A DNA stretch of 64,000 bases from Candidatus Cloacimonadota bacterium (GCA_963676615.1 OY781092.1:1472001-1536000); one strand, 5' to 3'. Numbered from the stretch's first letter, positions 19,165-30,341 are shown. Notes: generated by a model from the letters alone, not told the origin. Program-made: numbers and translations.

Positions 19165-21399
19165 ATGAGTGTTATCAGAAAATCGATGGAACTCTCTGGC
19201 AGAACTTTGACGCTGGAGACAGGGAGAATGGCGAAGCAGGCGAACGGCTCTGTTTTGCTTACTTATGGCGAGAATGTCATTTTGGCGACCGCAACGGGAG
19301 AGAAGCAGCCTCGCGAGGGGCAAGGATTTTTTCCGCTGACTGTGGATTTCATCCCAAAAATGTATGCTTCGGGCAAAATTCCCGGAGGCTTTTTTAAACG
19401 GGAGTCGAAGCCGCCAGTTAGCTCGATTTTGATTGCTCGGGAAATCGACCGTGGGCTGCGTCCACTTTTTCCCGACGGTTTCAAAAACGCCGTGCATGTT
19501 GTGCTGACGGTGCTTAGCTACGACGAAGACGCCGATTTGGGCTCGCTTGGCTCGATTGCTGCCAGTGCCGCCCTGACTATTTCGGACATTCCGTTTGCAG
19601 GACCGATTGCGGGTGCTTTCGTTTGCAAAAAAGACGACGATTTTGTCGTTTTCCCCAACAAAGAGCAGATGGAGAACTCGAAGCTAGAGCTTTCTGTTTC
19701 GGGAACTTACGAGAATGTGAATATGGTCGAATCTGGTGCGTGGGAGCTTTCGGAAGAGGAGATTTTGGACGCAATTTATTTGGCGCACGAGAAAATTCAG
19801 GAGATTGTTGAGTTTCAAAAGGAGTTCGCCAAAGATTGCAGCAAGCCGAAGTTCTCGTTTGAGGTGCATGAGCTAAACCAGCAGGCGCTGGCTTTTGTGA
19901 AGGACAATTTTTACGAAAAAATCAAGAAAGCTAACGAGATTACCGAGAAGTTGCCGAAATACGAGGCGCTGGATAATTTGCGCACCGAGCTGGCTGAGGC
20001 TATGCAGGACAAGCTCTCGGAAGAGGAGATTGCCGAAAATGGCGCGGATTATAAGGCGGCTTTTGAGAAATATCTCAAGGAGATTGTGCGTGATTTGATT
20101 TTGGCTGGTTGCCGCCCAGATGGTCGCGATTTGGACGAGATTCGCCCGATTACGGTGGAGAAAGATATTTTGCCTCGTGTGCACGGCTCGGCGCTTTTCA
20201 CCAGAGGCGAGACGCAAAGTTTGGGCGTGATAACTTTGGGTAGTCCTCGGGACGAGCAGATGATCGACGATTTGCGCGAGAAGCACTACAAAAACTATTT
20301 TCTGCATTACAACTTTCCGCCGTATTCTGTCGGAGAGGCTGGCTTTATGCGAGCTCCGGGCAGGAGAGAGCTGGGTCACGGACATTTGGCGGAGCGTTCG
20401 CTATATGCTGTAATGCCTAGCGGCGAGGAGTTTCCTTACACAATCAGAGCGGTTTCGGAGATTTTGGAATCGAACGGTTCCAGCTCGATGGCGAGTGTTT
20501 GTAGCTGTTCAACGGCGATGATGGCTGCCGGCGTGCCGATTAAAAAGCCAGTGGCTGGTATCGCCAACGGTTTGGTGATGGACGGCGAAAATTTTGTGAT
20601 TCTGACCGATATTCAAGGAATGGAAGATCATTTGGGCGATATGGATTTTAAGGTGACTGGCACCGATCAGGGCATCACGGCGATTCAGATGGACATCAAA
20701 ATCAAGGGTATCACCAAAGAGATTATGAAGCTGGCGCTGGAGAAGGCGAAGATTGCCAGGTTGCATATTTTGGGAAAAATCACCGAGTGCATCGCTGAGC
20801 CGAGCAAGGAGCTGAGTAAATACGCTCCAAAAATCGAGAGCATTATGATCGATAAGGACAAAATCAGTCAGGTTATCGGCTCTGGCGGCAAGACGATTAA
20901 GGAGATTATCGAGGTTACAGGCGCGGACATTAACATCGACGACGACGGTCGCGTTTCGGTGGCTTCGCCAGATGCGGAGGCGCTGAGCAAGGCGATGAGC
21001 ATTGTCAAAAATATCGTGGAAGATCCCGAGCAGAACGGGATTTACGAGGGCGAGGTCACTCGTGTGGAGGCTTATGGCGCTTTTGTGAAGTTTATGTACA
21101 ATAAGCAAGGAATGGTGCATGTTTCCAAGATGGATAAGGTGAGAGTGGGCGACCCTGCCGATTTGGTGGCTGTCGGCGACAAGGTGAAGGTGCGTTTTGT
21201 GGGCTTTAAGGAAGGCAAAATCAGCTTGGCGATGGACGGCATCGAGGGCAATCCGACGCTGAAGAGCAAAGGCATCGAACCGAGCAAGAGACCCGAGAGA
21301 AGCGCTGGCGATAGGCGCGATGGAAACGACCGCCGAGACAGACGCGATGGCAGAGACAGAAGACCAAGACGGGATTATAAAAAAAGAGACGATAAATAA
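19165..21399 (+). CDS. pnp: Polyribonucleotide nucleotidyltransferase
   Basis: TGRMAKQANG, GKIPGGFFKRE, GSALFTRGETQ, ESNGSSSMAS, DHLGDMDFKV, KH and S1 domains. Confidence 0.98.
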   Translation: MSVIRKSMELSGRTLTLETGRMAKQANGSVLLTYGENVILATATGEKQPREGQGFFPLTVDFIPKMYASGKIPGGFFKRESKPPVSSILIAREIDRGLRPLFPDGFKNAVHVVLTVLSYDEDADLGSLGSIAASAALTISDIPFAGPIAGAFVCKKDDDFVVFPNKEQMENSKLELSVSGTYENVNMVESGAWELSEEEILDAIYLAHEKIQEIVEFQKEFAKDCSKPKFSFEVHELNQQALAFVKDNFYEKIKKANEITEKLPKYEALDNLRTELAEAMQDKLSEEEIAENGADYKAAFEKYLKEIVRDLILAGCRPDGRDLDEIRPITVEKDILPRVHGSALFTRGETQSLGVITLGSPRDEQMIDDLREKHYKNYFLHYNFPPYSVGEAGFMRAPGRRELGHGHLAERSLYAVMPSGEEFPYTIRAVSEILESNGSSSMASVCSCSTAMMAAGVPIKKPVAGIANGLVMDGENFVILTDIQGMEDHLGDMDFKVTGTDQGITAIQMDIKIKGITKEIMKLALEKAKIARLHILGKITECIAEPSKELSKYAPKIESIMIDKDKISQVIGSGGKTIKEIIEVTGADINIDDDGRVSVASPDAEALSKAMSIVKNIVEDPEQNGIYEGEVTRVEAYGAFVKFMYNKQGMVHVSKMDKVRVGDPADLVAVGDKVKVRFVGFKEGKISLAMDGIEGNPTLKSKGIEPSKRPERSAGDRRDGNDRRDRRDGRDRRPRRDYKKRDDK

Positions 21400-21421
21400 T
21401 CTTTTGTGATAGAAAAGAATG

Positions 21422-21448
21422 AAGGCAGGAATTTTCCTGCCTTTTTTT
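21422..21448 (+). terminator. Intrinsic terminator after pnp
   Basis: AAGGCAGGAA-tt-TTCCTGCCTT followed by a T run. Confidence 0.85.
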
Positions 21449-21722
21449 GCTAATTTGTCAGACGAGAACGAGGCAAGAAGAGTAATTTGTTTTAAAAATC
21501 CACCTTGACAAAAGTTAAATAGAGATTATAAGAGTAAGAAAGTATAAAACTACAGTGCAAAAAAAGCAAACATAAAAATGTTCGTGTATAATCTATATTT
21601 AAAAGAAGGTTCAAGTTGTCTTGAGCCTTTAAAGAAAATATGATATGTATTGGTTAGTAATTTGTTGAAAAAATAATAGGACAATTTGAATGTCTAGAGC
21701 TGGAAAATAGAGTTTTTTTGAG

Positions 21723-22346
21723 ATGACAGATTTGAATAAAAAATATCTGTTTAGAATGACGCATATTGAAAATATTCCGCATATTCTTCAGTATGGAATA
21801 ACTCATTCATCGTCAAAAAATGCCAATCCAGATTTCAAACCAATTGGAGACAATAGTTTAATTTCAACTCGAAATAATTTCATTTTAAATAATGAAAAAC
21901 ATTTAGGAGAATATATCCCATTTTATTTAGGGGTAAGAATGCCAATGCTATATGTAATTCAACACGGATTTAATATGGTATTGCCAGCAAATACAGAAGA
22001 AATCATATATTGTGTTAGCTCAATTCAAAAAATAATTGACTTGCAATTAGATTTTATATTTACAGATGGCCATGCTGTTGATAGGCTCTCTTCTCAATAT
22101 ACAATAAAAGATGTTGAGAATATTGAGAACATTATTGATTGGGATGCTGTTAACGCAAAATATTGGAAAGATGAAAACGATTTGGACTTAAAACGCAGAA
22201 AAGAATCTGAATTTTTAGTTTTGGGAGACATTGCAATAAATGCAATTTTAGGATATATTGTGTTTAATGAAGACGCAAAAAACAAATTAATCGATTTTGG
22301 CATAGATGAAAGCAAAATTGGAATTAAATCAGATTGGTATTTTTAA
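21723..22346 (+). CDS. darT: DarT DNA ADP-ribosyltransferase toxin (DUF4433)
   Basis: RMTHIENIPHIL, YIPFY..RMPMLY, FTDGHA, RRKESEFLV; adjacent macrodomain gene. Confidence 0.9.
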   Translation: MTDLNKKYLFRMTHIENIPHILQYGITHSSSKNANPDFKPIGDNSLISTRNNFILNNEKHLGEYIPFYLGVRMPMLYVIQHGFNMVLPANTEEIIYCVSSIQKIIDLQLDFIFTDGHAVDRLSSQYTIKDVENIENIIDWDAVNAKYWKDENDLDLKRRKESEFLVLGDIAINAILGYIVFNEDAKNKLIDFGIDESKIGIKSDWYF

Positions 22347-22348
22347 AT

Positions 22349-23383
22349 ATGATACATTATAAAAAAGGCGATTTATTTGAAAGTGGAGCGGAAGCTTTAG
22401 TTAATACTGTTAACACTGTAGGAGTAATGGGGAAAGGAATAGCTTTACAGTTTAAAAATATGTTTCCTGATAACTTTAAAATATATTCTAATGCTTGTAA
22501 AAAGAAAGAGTTAAAGGTAGGGCAACTTTTAGTTACAGAGGAAATAAAATTATTTGCTGAGAGAAAAATTATAATAAACTTCCCCACAAAAACAAATTGG
22601 CGACAACCCTCTAAATATGAATATGTAGAAGACGGTTTAGTTGAATTAATAAATGTCATAAAAGAAAAAAATATTAAATCCATAGCGATACCTCCATTAG
22701 GAGCAGGGAATGGAGGATTAAACTGGAATAAAGTTAAGCAAATATTAGAAAGGCATTTATCTGATGTTAGCTGTGAAATCTTTATATATGAACCAAATGC
22801 TGCTATTAAAGAAGTCTTGAAAAAAGAAAGAGTAAAACTTACGCCAGCAAGAGCAATGCTCCTTTCTGTTTTATATGAATTAGTTCGTAACGGTGAATTT
22901 GTTTCTGAATTTGCAGCAGAAAAAGTCGCATATTTTCTCCAACGCTTTGGAGCAAAAAAAATTTTCAAATTAAATTTTCAACCCAATTTTTATGGACCTT
23001 ACTCAGGAAGAGTAAAGCATGTTCTACACTATCTAAATGGTAGCTATATTATGGGGTATAGCTCTGAAGACAAAAAACCTTTTGAGGAATTAGGAATTGT
23101 TCGTGATGCAGAAAAAGATGTTGAAGATTTTTTAAACAAACTTGAAAATGCTGAAAATAAGGTTATTGTTGAAAAAACAAAAAAATTCTTATCTGGATTC
23201 TATTCTCCATTTGGATTAGAGTTGCTTTCTACAATTGATTTCATCATCATAAAGAAAAAGGTTATTAAACAAGAAGAAATCACAAAAGAATTAGAGAATT
23301 GGAGTAGCAGAAAAAAGACTTTATTTACTAATCCGAAATTTATACAAGTAGCAATACAAAACATTCGCTCGTATAAATTATGA
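22349..23383 (+). CDS. darG: DarG macrodomain antitoxin
   Basis: GDLF, VNTVNTVGVMGKGIALQFK, INFPTK, AIPPLGAGNGGL, C-terminal YGPYS...LELLST. Confidence 0.92.
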   Translation: MIHYKKGDLFESGAEALVNTVNTVGVMGKGIALQFKNMFPDNFKIYSNACKKKELKVGQLLVTEEIKLFAERKIIINFPTKTNWRQPSKYEYVEDGLVELINVIKEKNIKSIAIPPLGAGNGGLNWNKVKQILERHLSDVSCEIFIYEPNAAIKEVLKKERVKLTPARAMLLSVLYELVRNGEFVSEFAAEKVAYFLQRFGAKKIFKLNFQPNFYGPYSGRVKHVLHYLNGSYIMGYSSEDKKPFEELGIVRDAEKDVEDFLNKLENAENKVIVEKTKKFLSGFYSPFGLELLSTIDFIIIKKKVIKQEEITKELENWSSRKKTLFTNPKFIQVAIQNIRSYKL

Positions 23384-23534
23384 TAGCAAACTTCGCTTAA
23401 CCGTATGAGGTTTTTATTGTTTTTTGAGCTATCAACTTTCAATTTATTTGGCGTGAGAAAGGTAATTCTCAAAAGAAAGTAAAAAACCACTGGCAAAGAG
23501 CGTTTCCTCCCTGCCAGTGTCTAAAAATCCTCGC

Positions 23535-26075
23535 CTATTTTACCACAAAACTTTCGCCGTTGTAGTCAACTTCCGCCTTTTCGGGCAGCTCGCCTTGCAA
23601 AAACTTCTGCGCGAGCATATTCTCCAAATTCTCCTGAATCGCCCGTTTTATCGGCCTTGCTCCAAATTGCGGATCGAAGCCGATTTCTGCGAGCTCGTCC
23701 ACAGCTTTGTTCGAAAAATCGACGCTAAACCCTTTGTCGTGCAGGCGATTTTGTAAAGTTTTCAGCTCCAGCCGCACGATTTGTTCGACCTGCTCTTTTT
23801 TGAGCTTGTGAAACAGCACAATCTGCGAGATGCGGTTGATGAACTCTGGGCGGAAATGCGTCTTCACGCTCTCCAAAATTTCTGCTTCCACATCTTGGCT
23901 GTCTTCGGCTTCCAGCAGGCGATTTGCCCCGATGTTGCTTGTCATCACGATTATCGTATTGCGGAAATTCACGGTGCGACCCTTGCCGTCGGTGAGCCTG
24001 CCCTCGTCCAAAATCTGCAAAAACAGGTTGAAAACATCAGGGTGCGCCTTCTCGATTTCGTCGAACAAAAGCACGCAATACGGATGTCGCCGCACTTCCT
24101 CGGTGAGCTTGCCGCCCTCCTGGTAGCCCACATATCCCGGGGGCGCGCCAATCAAACGAGCCACCGAATGTTTTTCCATAAACTCGCTCATATCGTAGCG
24201 GAACATCGCCCGTGAGTCGTTGAACAAAAGCCGCGCCAGCTCTTGCGTGAGATAGGTTTTGCCGACGCCCGTTGGACCCAAAAACAGAAACGAGCCGATA
24301 GGGGCGTTCTCGTCGGAAAAGCCGCTTCTGGCTCTGCGAATTGCGTTGGAAATCGCTGCAATGCCCGCTTTTTGCCCAATCACCTTTTTGCTCAAAATCT
24401 CCTCCATATTCGTCAGCTTCTCCGCCTCGCTTTTCAGCAGCCGATCCAGCGGAATGTTCGTCCACTTGGAAATTATCGCCGCAATCGTCGTCGCATCAAC
24501 GATTTTGCTCACCATTTGTGAATCTTCGTTTTTGCTCAAAGCGTCTTTGGCAGCCTCCAGCTCCTTTTCCAGTTCGATAATCGTGCCGTATTTCAGGCGA
24601 GAAGCCGTCTCCAAATCTCCGTTGCGCTGGGCAATTCCCATCTCCGACCTCGCCTTGTCCAGCTTGTCGTTGAGCTGCCCAATCTGGTTCAAACTCTGCT
24701 TCTCCTGCTTCCATTTATCCATCAGAAGCGAAAATTTTTCCTTGAGATTGGCAATCTCTGCTTTCGCCGCATTCCTCTTCTCGTCCGCCTCATCTTTAAA
24801 AGACAGCTCCTCAATCTCCAGCTGCTGAATTTTGCGCTTCATATCGTCGAGCTCTTGTGGCATAGAATCTATCTGCATCCGCACAGACGCGCACGCCTCG
24901 TCCATCAAATCGATGGCTTTGTCGGGCAAAAATCGGTCGTTAATGTAACGGGCAGAGAGCTTTCCCGCAGCAATCAGAGCGTCGTCGGTAATCTGCAAAC
25001 CGTGATGCACCTGGTATTTGTCCTTGATGCCTCGCAAAATGGAAATCGTGTCGGCAACGCTCGGCTCGCCAACCATCACAGGCTGAAAACGGCGTTCCAG
25101 AGCGGCGTCCTTTTCGATATACTTTTTGTATTCGCTCAGCGTTGTTGCGCCGATACAACGCAGCTCGCCCCTTGCCAAAGCTGGCTTGAGCATATTCGAC
25201 GCGTCGCTCTGACCCTCTGCTGCGCCCGCTCCGACGATGGTGTGCAGCTCGTCGATGAACAAAATAATCTCGCCGTTGGAACTCTCCACCTCCTTCAAAA
25301 CCGCTTTGAGTCGCTCCTCGAACTCGCCTCGATACTTCGCTCCTGCCAGTAAAAGCGCCATATCTAGCTCCAGAACTGTTTTGTTCTTCAGATTTTCGGG
25401 AACATCTCGCTCGATAATCCGCTTGGCTAGCCCCTCGATAATCGCCGTCTTTCCGACACCTGGCTCGCCGATGAGCACGGGATTATTCTTCCTGCGCCGA
25501 GACAAAATCTGGATCGTGCGGCGAATTTCGTCGTCTCGCCCGATGACAGGGTCGAGCTTCTCCTTCCGCGCCAAATCGGTCAGATTGCGGGTATATTTCT
25601 CCAGCACCTGATACTTCGCCTCGGGATTTTCGCTGTCAACTTTGTGATTTCCGCGAACCTCCTGAATCGCCTTGAGCAAATCTTTCTCCTTAATGCTGGG
25701 CAAAACCGCCTGAATGTCGCCGCTGCTCTTGAGCAAAGCCAGCAAAATATGCTCCAAACTGACGAAATCGTCCTGAAACTGCCCAGCAATCTTGTCCGCC
25801 AGCAGCAGCGCCTTGTTCGCCTTTGCGCTCAAATATGCGGGCGAGCTGCCCTCGACTCTCGGAAAGTCGCCCAGCTTCGCCTCAATATTCTGTCGCAGCA
25901 GACTCGGCTTGACCTCCACCTTCTGCAAAAGAGTCGGCACCAGCGAATCTTCCACCAGCAAAGCCGCCAGCAAAAGATGCAACTCCCCAATCTCCTGATG
26001 TCCGTATTCGCTCGCCAAATCGGATGCCTTCTGCAGGCACTCCTTCGACTTAATCGTGTATTTATTAAAGTTCAT
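23535..26075 (-). CDS. clpB: ATP-dependent chaperone ClpB
   Basis: Two AAA+ modules ([16 protein letters not shown]), long coiled-coil middle domain, GARP; ATG 26075 with GGAGG RBS. Confidence 0.96.
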   Translation of the reverse strand: MNFNKYTIKSKECLQKASDLASEYGHQEIGELHLLLAALLVEDSLVPTLLQKVEVKPSLLRQNIEAKLGDFPRVEGSSPAYLSAKANKALLLADKIAGQFQDDFVSLEHILLALLKSSGDIQAVLPSIKEKDLLKAIQEVRGNHKVDSENPEAKYQVLEKYTRNLTDLARKEKLDPVIGRDDEIRRTIQILSRRRKNNPVLIGEPGVGKTAIIEGLAKRIIERDVPENLKNKTVLELDMALLLAGAKYRGEFEERLKAVLKEVESSNGEIILFIDELHTIVGAGAAEGQSDASNMLKPALARGELRCIGATTLSEYKKYIEKDAALERRFQPVMVGEPSVADTISILRGIKDKYQVHHGLQITDDALIAAGKLSARYINDRFLPDKAIDLMDEACASVRMQIDSMPQELDDMKRKIQQLEIEELSFKDEADEKRNAAKAEIANLKEKFSLLMDKWKQEKQSLNQIGQLNDKLDKARSEMGIAQRNGDLETASRLKYGTIIELEKELEAAKDALSKNEDSQMVSKIVDATTIAAIISKWTNIPLDRLLKSEAEKLTNMEEILSKKVIGQKAGIAAISNAIRRARSGFSDENAPIGSFLFLGPTGVGKTYLTQELARLLFNDSRAMFRYDMSEFMEKHSVARLIGAPPGYVGYQEGGKLTEEVRRHPYCVLLFDEIEKAHPDVFNLFLQILDEGRLTDGKGRTVNFRNTIIVMTSNIGANRLLEAEDSQDVEAEILESVKTHFRPEFINRISQIVLFHKLKKEQVEQIVRLELKTLQNRLHDKGFSVDFSNKAVDELAEIGFDPQFGARPIKRAIQENLENMLAQKFLQGELPEKAEVDYNGESFVVK

Positions 26076-26107
26076 TTTTTCCTCCAAAAATGTTTGGCGC
26101 CAAAAAA

Positions 26108-26134
26108 CTGGCACTCTTAAGGCGAGACTGCCAA
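26108..26134 (-). promoter_or_regulatory. CIRCE element (HrcA operator)
   Basis: CTGGCACTC-N9-GACTGCCAA versus consensus TTAGCACTC-N9-GAGTGCTAA, between a minus-strand TTGACA (26147-26152) and the clpB start. Confidence 0.8.
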
Positions 26135-26257
26135 TAGCTGAAAATCTGTCAACTTTTTTTGTCCAATTTCGCTTGCAGAGCGGATTTTGCTTGACATCAA
26201 AAAAATAGATGGTTCAATTTACTTGTTAAAATCGTTTTTCGATAAAAAGGGGGAAAA

Positions 26258-27538
26258 ATGTCAGAAAAAAGAGGAATGTTTGCTTGGTATTTTCAGTCTA
26301 ATTTGCTCATAAGGATTTTGCTCGGTCTGGTTTTGGGCGCAATTGTGGGGCTTCTCGCAGGAGACAGCATCGCGTGGCTAAAACCTTTTGGCGATGTTTT
26401 TGTAAGGCTTCTAAAGATGATCGTGATGCCTGTTGTCCTGAGCACTCTGGTGGTCGGCGCAGCGAGCATTAGTCCCGCAAAATTGGGCAAAATCGGGATA
26501 AAAGCGGTCGCATTTTATATGGCGACAAGCGCTTTCGCCGTTGCCGTGGGCTTGCTGATGGGCAATTTGTTCAAGCCTGGACTCGGGCTAGATCTTGGCA
26601 ATGTTGGCTCTGCTGCGGGCAAAGTGGTCAACGCTCCGAGTCTTGCCAACACTTTTTTGAACATCATCCCCAAAAATCCGCTGGGCGATATGGTCTCTGG
26701 CAAAATTTTGCCATCCATCTTTTTCGCAATTGTTTTCGGCATAGCGTTGTCCTACCTCAAAATCAGCAAAGTCGAGCGAATAAAAAAAGCAGGCGACACG
26801 CTTTTTAACATTTTTGACGCCTGCGCAGAAGTGATGTATCTGGTCGTGCGCTGGGTGATGCAATATGCGCCAATCGGCGTGTTTGCGCTGATAGCGGTGG
26901 TTTTTGGCAAACAAGGGCTGAAAGCTATCGGACCTCTGGGAATGGTCACGATGGGGGCGTTCGTCGGCTACATTTTGCAAGTTTTGGTCGTTTATATGTT
27001 GATCGCCAAATTCAGCGGACTAAAGCCGTTTCAGCTTCTGAACAAAATCAAATCGCCGATGATAACCGCTTTTGTAACCCGTAGCAGCAGCGGAACTTTG
27101 CCCGTTTCGATGAGAACTGCCGACGAGGAGCTGGGCATCCACAAAGATGTCTATTCGTTCTCTTTGCCGCTGGGAGCGACGATCAATATGGACGGAACCG
27201 CGATATACCAAGGCGTTTGCGCGATGTTCATCGGTTTTGCCGTTGGGATGCCGCTCTCGTTCAGCGCTCAGATTACGGTGATTTTGACAGCAGTTTTGGC
27301 GTCGATAGGCACGGCTGGCGTTCCGGGAGCAGGCGCGATTATGCTGATGCTCGTTTTGGATAGCGTCGGGATGCCGCTAGAGGCGGGCTCTCCCGTGGCT
27401 GCGGCGTATGCGATGATTTTGGGAATAGACGCCATTTTGGATATGGGCAGAACCTGCATCAATGTGGCAGGAGATATGACTTGCTCGACCGTCATCGCCA
27501 AGAGCGAGGGACTTTTGGATATGAAAAAATGGGCATAA
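26258..27538 (+). CDS. Dicarboxylate/amino acid:cation symporter (GltP/GltPh-like)
   Basis: AFVTRSSSGTLP, GATINMDGT, SIGTAGVPG, DMGRTCINVAGD. Confidence 0.95.
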   Translation: MSEKRGMFAWYFQSNLLIRILLGLVLGAIVGLLAGDSIAWLKPFGDVFVRLLKMIVMPVVLSTLVVGAASISPAKLGKIGIKAVAFYMATSAFAVAVGLLMGNLFKPGLGLDLGNVGSAAGKVVNAPSLANTFLNIIPKNPLGDMVSGKILPSIFFAIVFGIALSYLKISKVERIKKAGDTLFNIFDACAEVMYLVVRWVMQYAPIGVFALIAVVFGKQGLKAIGPLGMVTMGAFVGYILQVLVVYMLIAKFSGLKPFQLLNKIKSPMITAFVTRSSSGTLPVSMRTADEELGIHKDVYSFSLPLGATINMDGTAIYQGVCAMFIGFAVGMPLSFSAQITVILTAVLASIGTAGVPGAGAIMLMLVLDSVGMPLEAGSPVAAAYAMILGIDAILDMGRTCINVAGDMTCSTVIAKSEGLLDMKKWA

Positions 27539-27618
27539 TTTGCGCAGATTTTTAATGGAAAAAGGGCGCTGTTTTGTTAAAGACGGCGTCCTTTTTTGCA
27601 AAAACAAGGGGTGCTAAA

Positions 27619-28329
27619 ATGAGCAAAATCGTAGGCATAATCGGCGGCGTAGGACCTTATGCTGGGCTGGATTTTCACAAAAAAATATTGGACTGCACGC
27701 CCGCAAAATCAGACCAAGAGCACTTGGAGATTTACCATATTTCTGCCTCCGCCAAGATTGAGGACAGAAGCAAGTTCTTGCAGGGCAAAAGTTTAGCTAA
27801 CCCAGCCGAAGGACTGATTTACGCCGCAGAAAAGCTCGTCGCTATCGGCGCAGAAATTTTGGTAATTCCCTGTAACACCGCACATTCCGACCCGATTTTG
27901 TCGCCATTTTTGGAATTTATCGCCAAAAAGAACGCGCTGTTTCTGAATTTGCTAGAAGAAACTTGCCGCTATATTCGTTCCAAGGGCTTGCAAAAAGTGG
28001 GGCTGCTGGCGACACTGGGCACCTACCAGAGCGGAGTGTATCAGTTTTATTTTCGCCAAATCGGTTGCGGCGAGTTGATTTGCCCAACTGAAAGCCAAAA
28101 GCAGATTGTCAGCGATGCGATTTACAACCCCGAAAAAGGGATAAAAAGTGGCGCGCAAACTGGCTGGGCAAGCTCGCAGCTGGATTTGGTCGTGCAAAGC
28201 TTGCAAAATCAGGGAGCGCAAGCGGTTATAATGGGTTGCACCGAAATTCCGCTGGCGCTTGGCAACTCCGATTTTTTGCTCGATCCCGGGCAAATTTTGG
28301 CGAAGCGGGTTGTGCAAGCGGCGCTGTAG
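27619..28329 (+). CDS. Aspartate/amino-acid racemase
   Basis: GIIGGVGP, two catalytic Cys in IPCNTAH and GCTEIP. Confidence 0.9.
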   Translation: MSKIVGIIGGVGPYAGLDFHKKILDCTPAKSDQEHLEIYHISASAKIEDRSKFLQGKSLANPAEGLIYAAEKLVAIGAEILVIPCNTAHSDPILSPFLEFIAKKNALFLNLLEETCRYIRSKGLQKVGLLATLGTYQSGVYQFYFRQIGCGELICPTESQKQIVSDAIYNPEKGIKSGAQTGWASSQLDLVVQSLQNQGAQAVIMGCTEIPLALGNSDFLLDPGQILAKRVVQAAL

Positions 28330-28410
28330 CGGCAATCTTTTCTCGCCATTTTCTTGACAGAAATTCCGCCTGTTTGAGTTCCGATGAGAAAAAAGTTTTG
28401 AGGACAAAAA

Positions 28411-30054
28411 ATGAACACAATTTTCAAACCGAAATTTTTCACTTTGCTAAAAGCGGGAATTTCCAAAAAGCAAATCTCAGCCGACATAATGTCGGGTGTG
28501 GTCGTGGGTATCGTGGCGCTTCCTCTGGCGATAGCTTTCGCCGTTGCCTCGGGAGTCTCCCCCGAAAAAGGCCTAATCACGGCGGTTGTAGCGGGATTTC
28601 TCATCTCGTTTTTGGGCGGCAGTCGCGTGCAAATTGGCGGTCCCACGGGCGCATTCATCGTTATCGTCTATGGAATTGTGCAAAAATACGGGCTGCATGG
28701 GCTGCTCATTTCGACAGTTTTGGCAGGCGTGATAATGATAATTTTCGGGCTTTTGCGACTGGGCACGGTGCTCAAATATTTTCCGCATCCGCTGATCGTC
28801 GGCTTCACGGGCGGCATCGCGCTGGTCATATTTTCCACACAAATTCCCGATGCGCTCGGACTCTCGCTGCCCAAAGTGCCCTCGGGATTTTTGCAAAAAT
28901 GGAGTCTCTACCTGCAAAACCTGCACAGCATCAACTGGACTGCACTTTCGCTGACCCTGCTGACGATAATCGTCGTCGTCTTTTCCTCGAAAATTTTCCG
29001 CAAAATTCCTGGCTCGTTCATCGCCATTGTGCTGGTCACTTTTCTGGTCAACTTTTTCGATTTGCAAGTGACGACAATTCAGACATTTTTCGGCACAATT
29101 CCGCAAAAAATCGGCTTCCATTTTCCGCAATTTAGCTTTAGTGATTTGGGAATTTATCTGATGCCGGCGCTGACGATTGCCCTTTTGGGAAGCATCGAAT
29201 CGCTACTCTCGGCGGTCGTTGCCGATGGAATGATCGGCGGCAAACATCGCTCCAACACCGAGCTCGTAGCGCAAGGGATTGCTAATGTGCTGACTCCGTT
29301 TTTTGGCGGAATACCAGCCACGGGGGCGATTGCTCGCACGGCGACAAATGTCAAAAACGGCGGCCGCACGCCAATCTCTGGAATGGTGCACGCCTTGGCG
29401 CTGCTGGCGATTATGCTCTTTTTGGGAGAATGGGCAAAGCTGATTCCGATGTGCTGCCTTGCGGGAATTTTGATCGTCGTCTCCTACAATATGAGCCAGT
29501 GGCGGTCTTTTGCCTCGATTCTGAAAGGCTCGTATTTCGACATCATTGTCCTGCTGACCACCTTTTTCATCACCGTAATCTACGACCTGACTCTCGCCAT
29601 AGAAATCGGCGTGATGCTCTCGGCAATCCTCTTTATGAAACGGATGACCGACATCAGCGAAAAGCAAATCAGCGACGGCGTGGATCGCGATATTATCGAC
29701 AACTACACCGATTTGCCCGACGGACTGCTCATCTACGAAATCAGCGGACCGCTCTTTTTTGCCTCCGCCAGAAGATACTGCCAGGCGTTGCACGAAGCGG
29801 GTTTACGCTGCAAAGTGCTGGTAATCCGAATGCGCCATGTCTCGTTCATCGACCAAACTGGGCTTGCGATTTTGCAAAATGTGCTCGCTATCCTCAAGCG
29901 TGAACACATACGAGTTCTGCTCTCGGGCGTCCGAGGCGAAGTTCGCCAAGATCTGACCAAATTCGGTGTCCAAAACACCTTGACGCACGACTCGATTTTT
30001 GATAGTTTTGACGCCTCGATCGAAAAAGCGAAAAAGATTTTGCAGCACAGCTAA
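28411..30054 (+). CDS. SulP family anion permease with STAS domain
   Basis: ALPLAIAFA, GGPTGA, ESLLSAVVAD, TGAIARTA, GPLFFAS. Confidence 0.95.
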   Translation: MNTIFKPKFFTLLKAGISKKQISADIMSGVVVGIVALPLAIAFAVASGVSPEKGLITAVVAGFLISFLGGSRVQIGGPTGAFIVIVYGIVQKYGLHGLLISTVLAGVIMIIFGLLRLGTVLKYFPHPLIVGFTGGIALVIFSTQIPDALGLSLPKVPSGFLQKWSLYLQNLHSINWTALSLTLLTIIVVVFSSKIFRKIPGSFIAIVLVTFLVNFFDLQVTTIQTFFGTIPQKIGFHFPQFSFSDLGIYLMPALTIALLGSIESLLSAVVADGMIGGKHRSNTELVAQGIANVLTPFFGGIPATGAIARTATNVKNGGRTPISGMVHALALLAIMLFLGEWAKLIPMCCLAGILIVVSYNMSQWRSFASILKGSYFDIIVLLTTFFITVIYDLTLAIEIGVMLSAILFMKRMTDISEKQISDGVDRDIIDNYTDLPDGLLIYEISGPLFFASARRYCQALHEAGLRCKVLVIRMRHVSFIDQTGLAILQNVLAILKREHIRVLLSGVRGEVRQDLTKFGVQNTLTHDSIFDSFDASIEKAKKILQHS

Positions 30055-30209
30055 TCGCAAAAAATCGCCGAACTCGCAGAAAGCCAGAAAGTTATAAAAT
30101 TTTTGGGGCAAATTGCAAAAAATCGGCAATTTTATTTTTGGCAAATTCAGCCGATTTCTGCTCAAAATCTGCTAAATGCTTAATATTCCGCAAGTAACAA
30201 AACATCGAG

Positions 30210-30341
30210 TTAGACACAGTGTGAGTAAGTGCCTCAAAAGCAGTAATTAACGGGCAGCGCCAAATCGTAACTGTCTTGAAAACCAATAACTTGTGAATTG
30301 TGGACAACTGGGATGTAAATGTGCATAAAGAATGTGCATAA
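30210..30341. promoter_or_regulatory. Cluster of DnaA boxes with an IHF-like site
   Basis: Perfect TGTGCATAA at 30320 and 30333; 1-mismatch boxes at 30210, 30220 and 30299; AACCAATAACTTG at 30281-30293. Confidence 0.6.

Noticed and set aside
21290..21399. Arg/Asp-rich repeat tail of PNPase
   Set aside because: Charged low-complexity tails are common on PNPase; not a distinct element.
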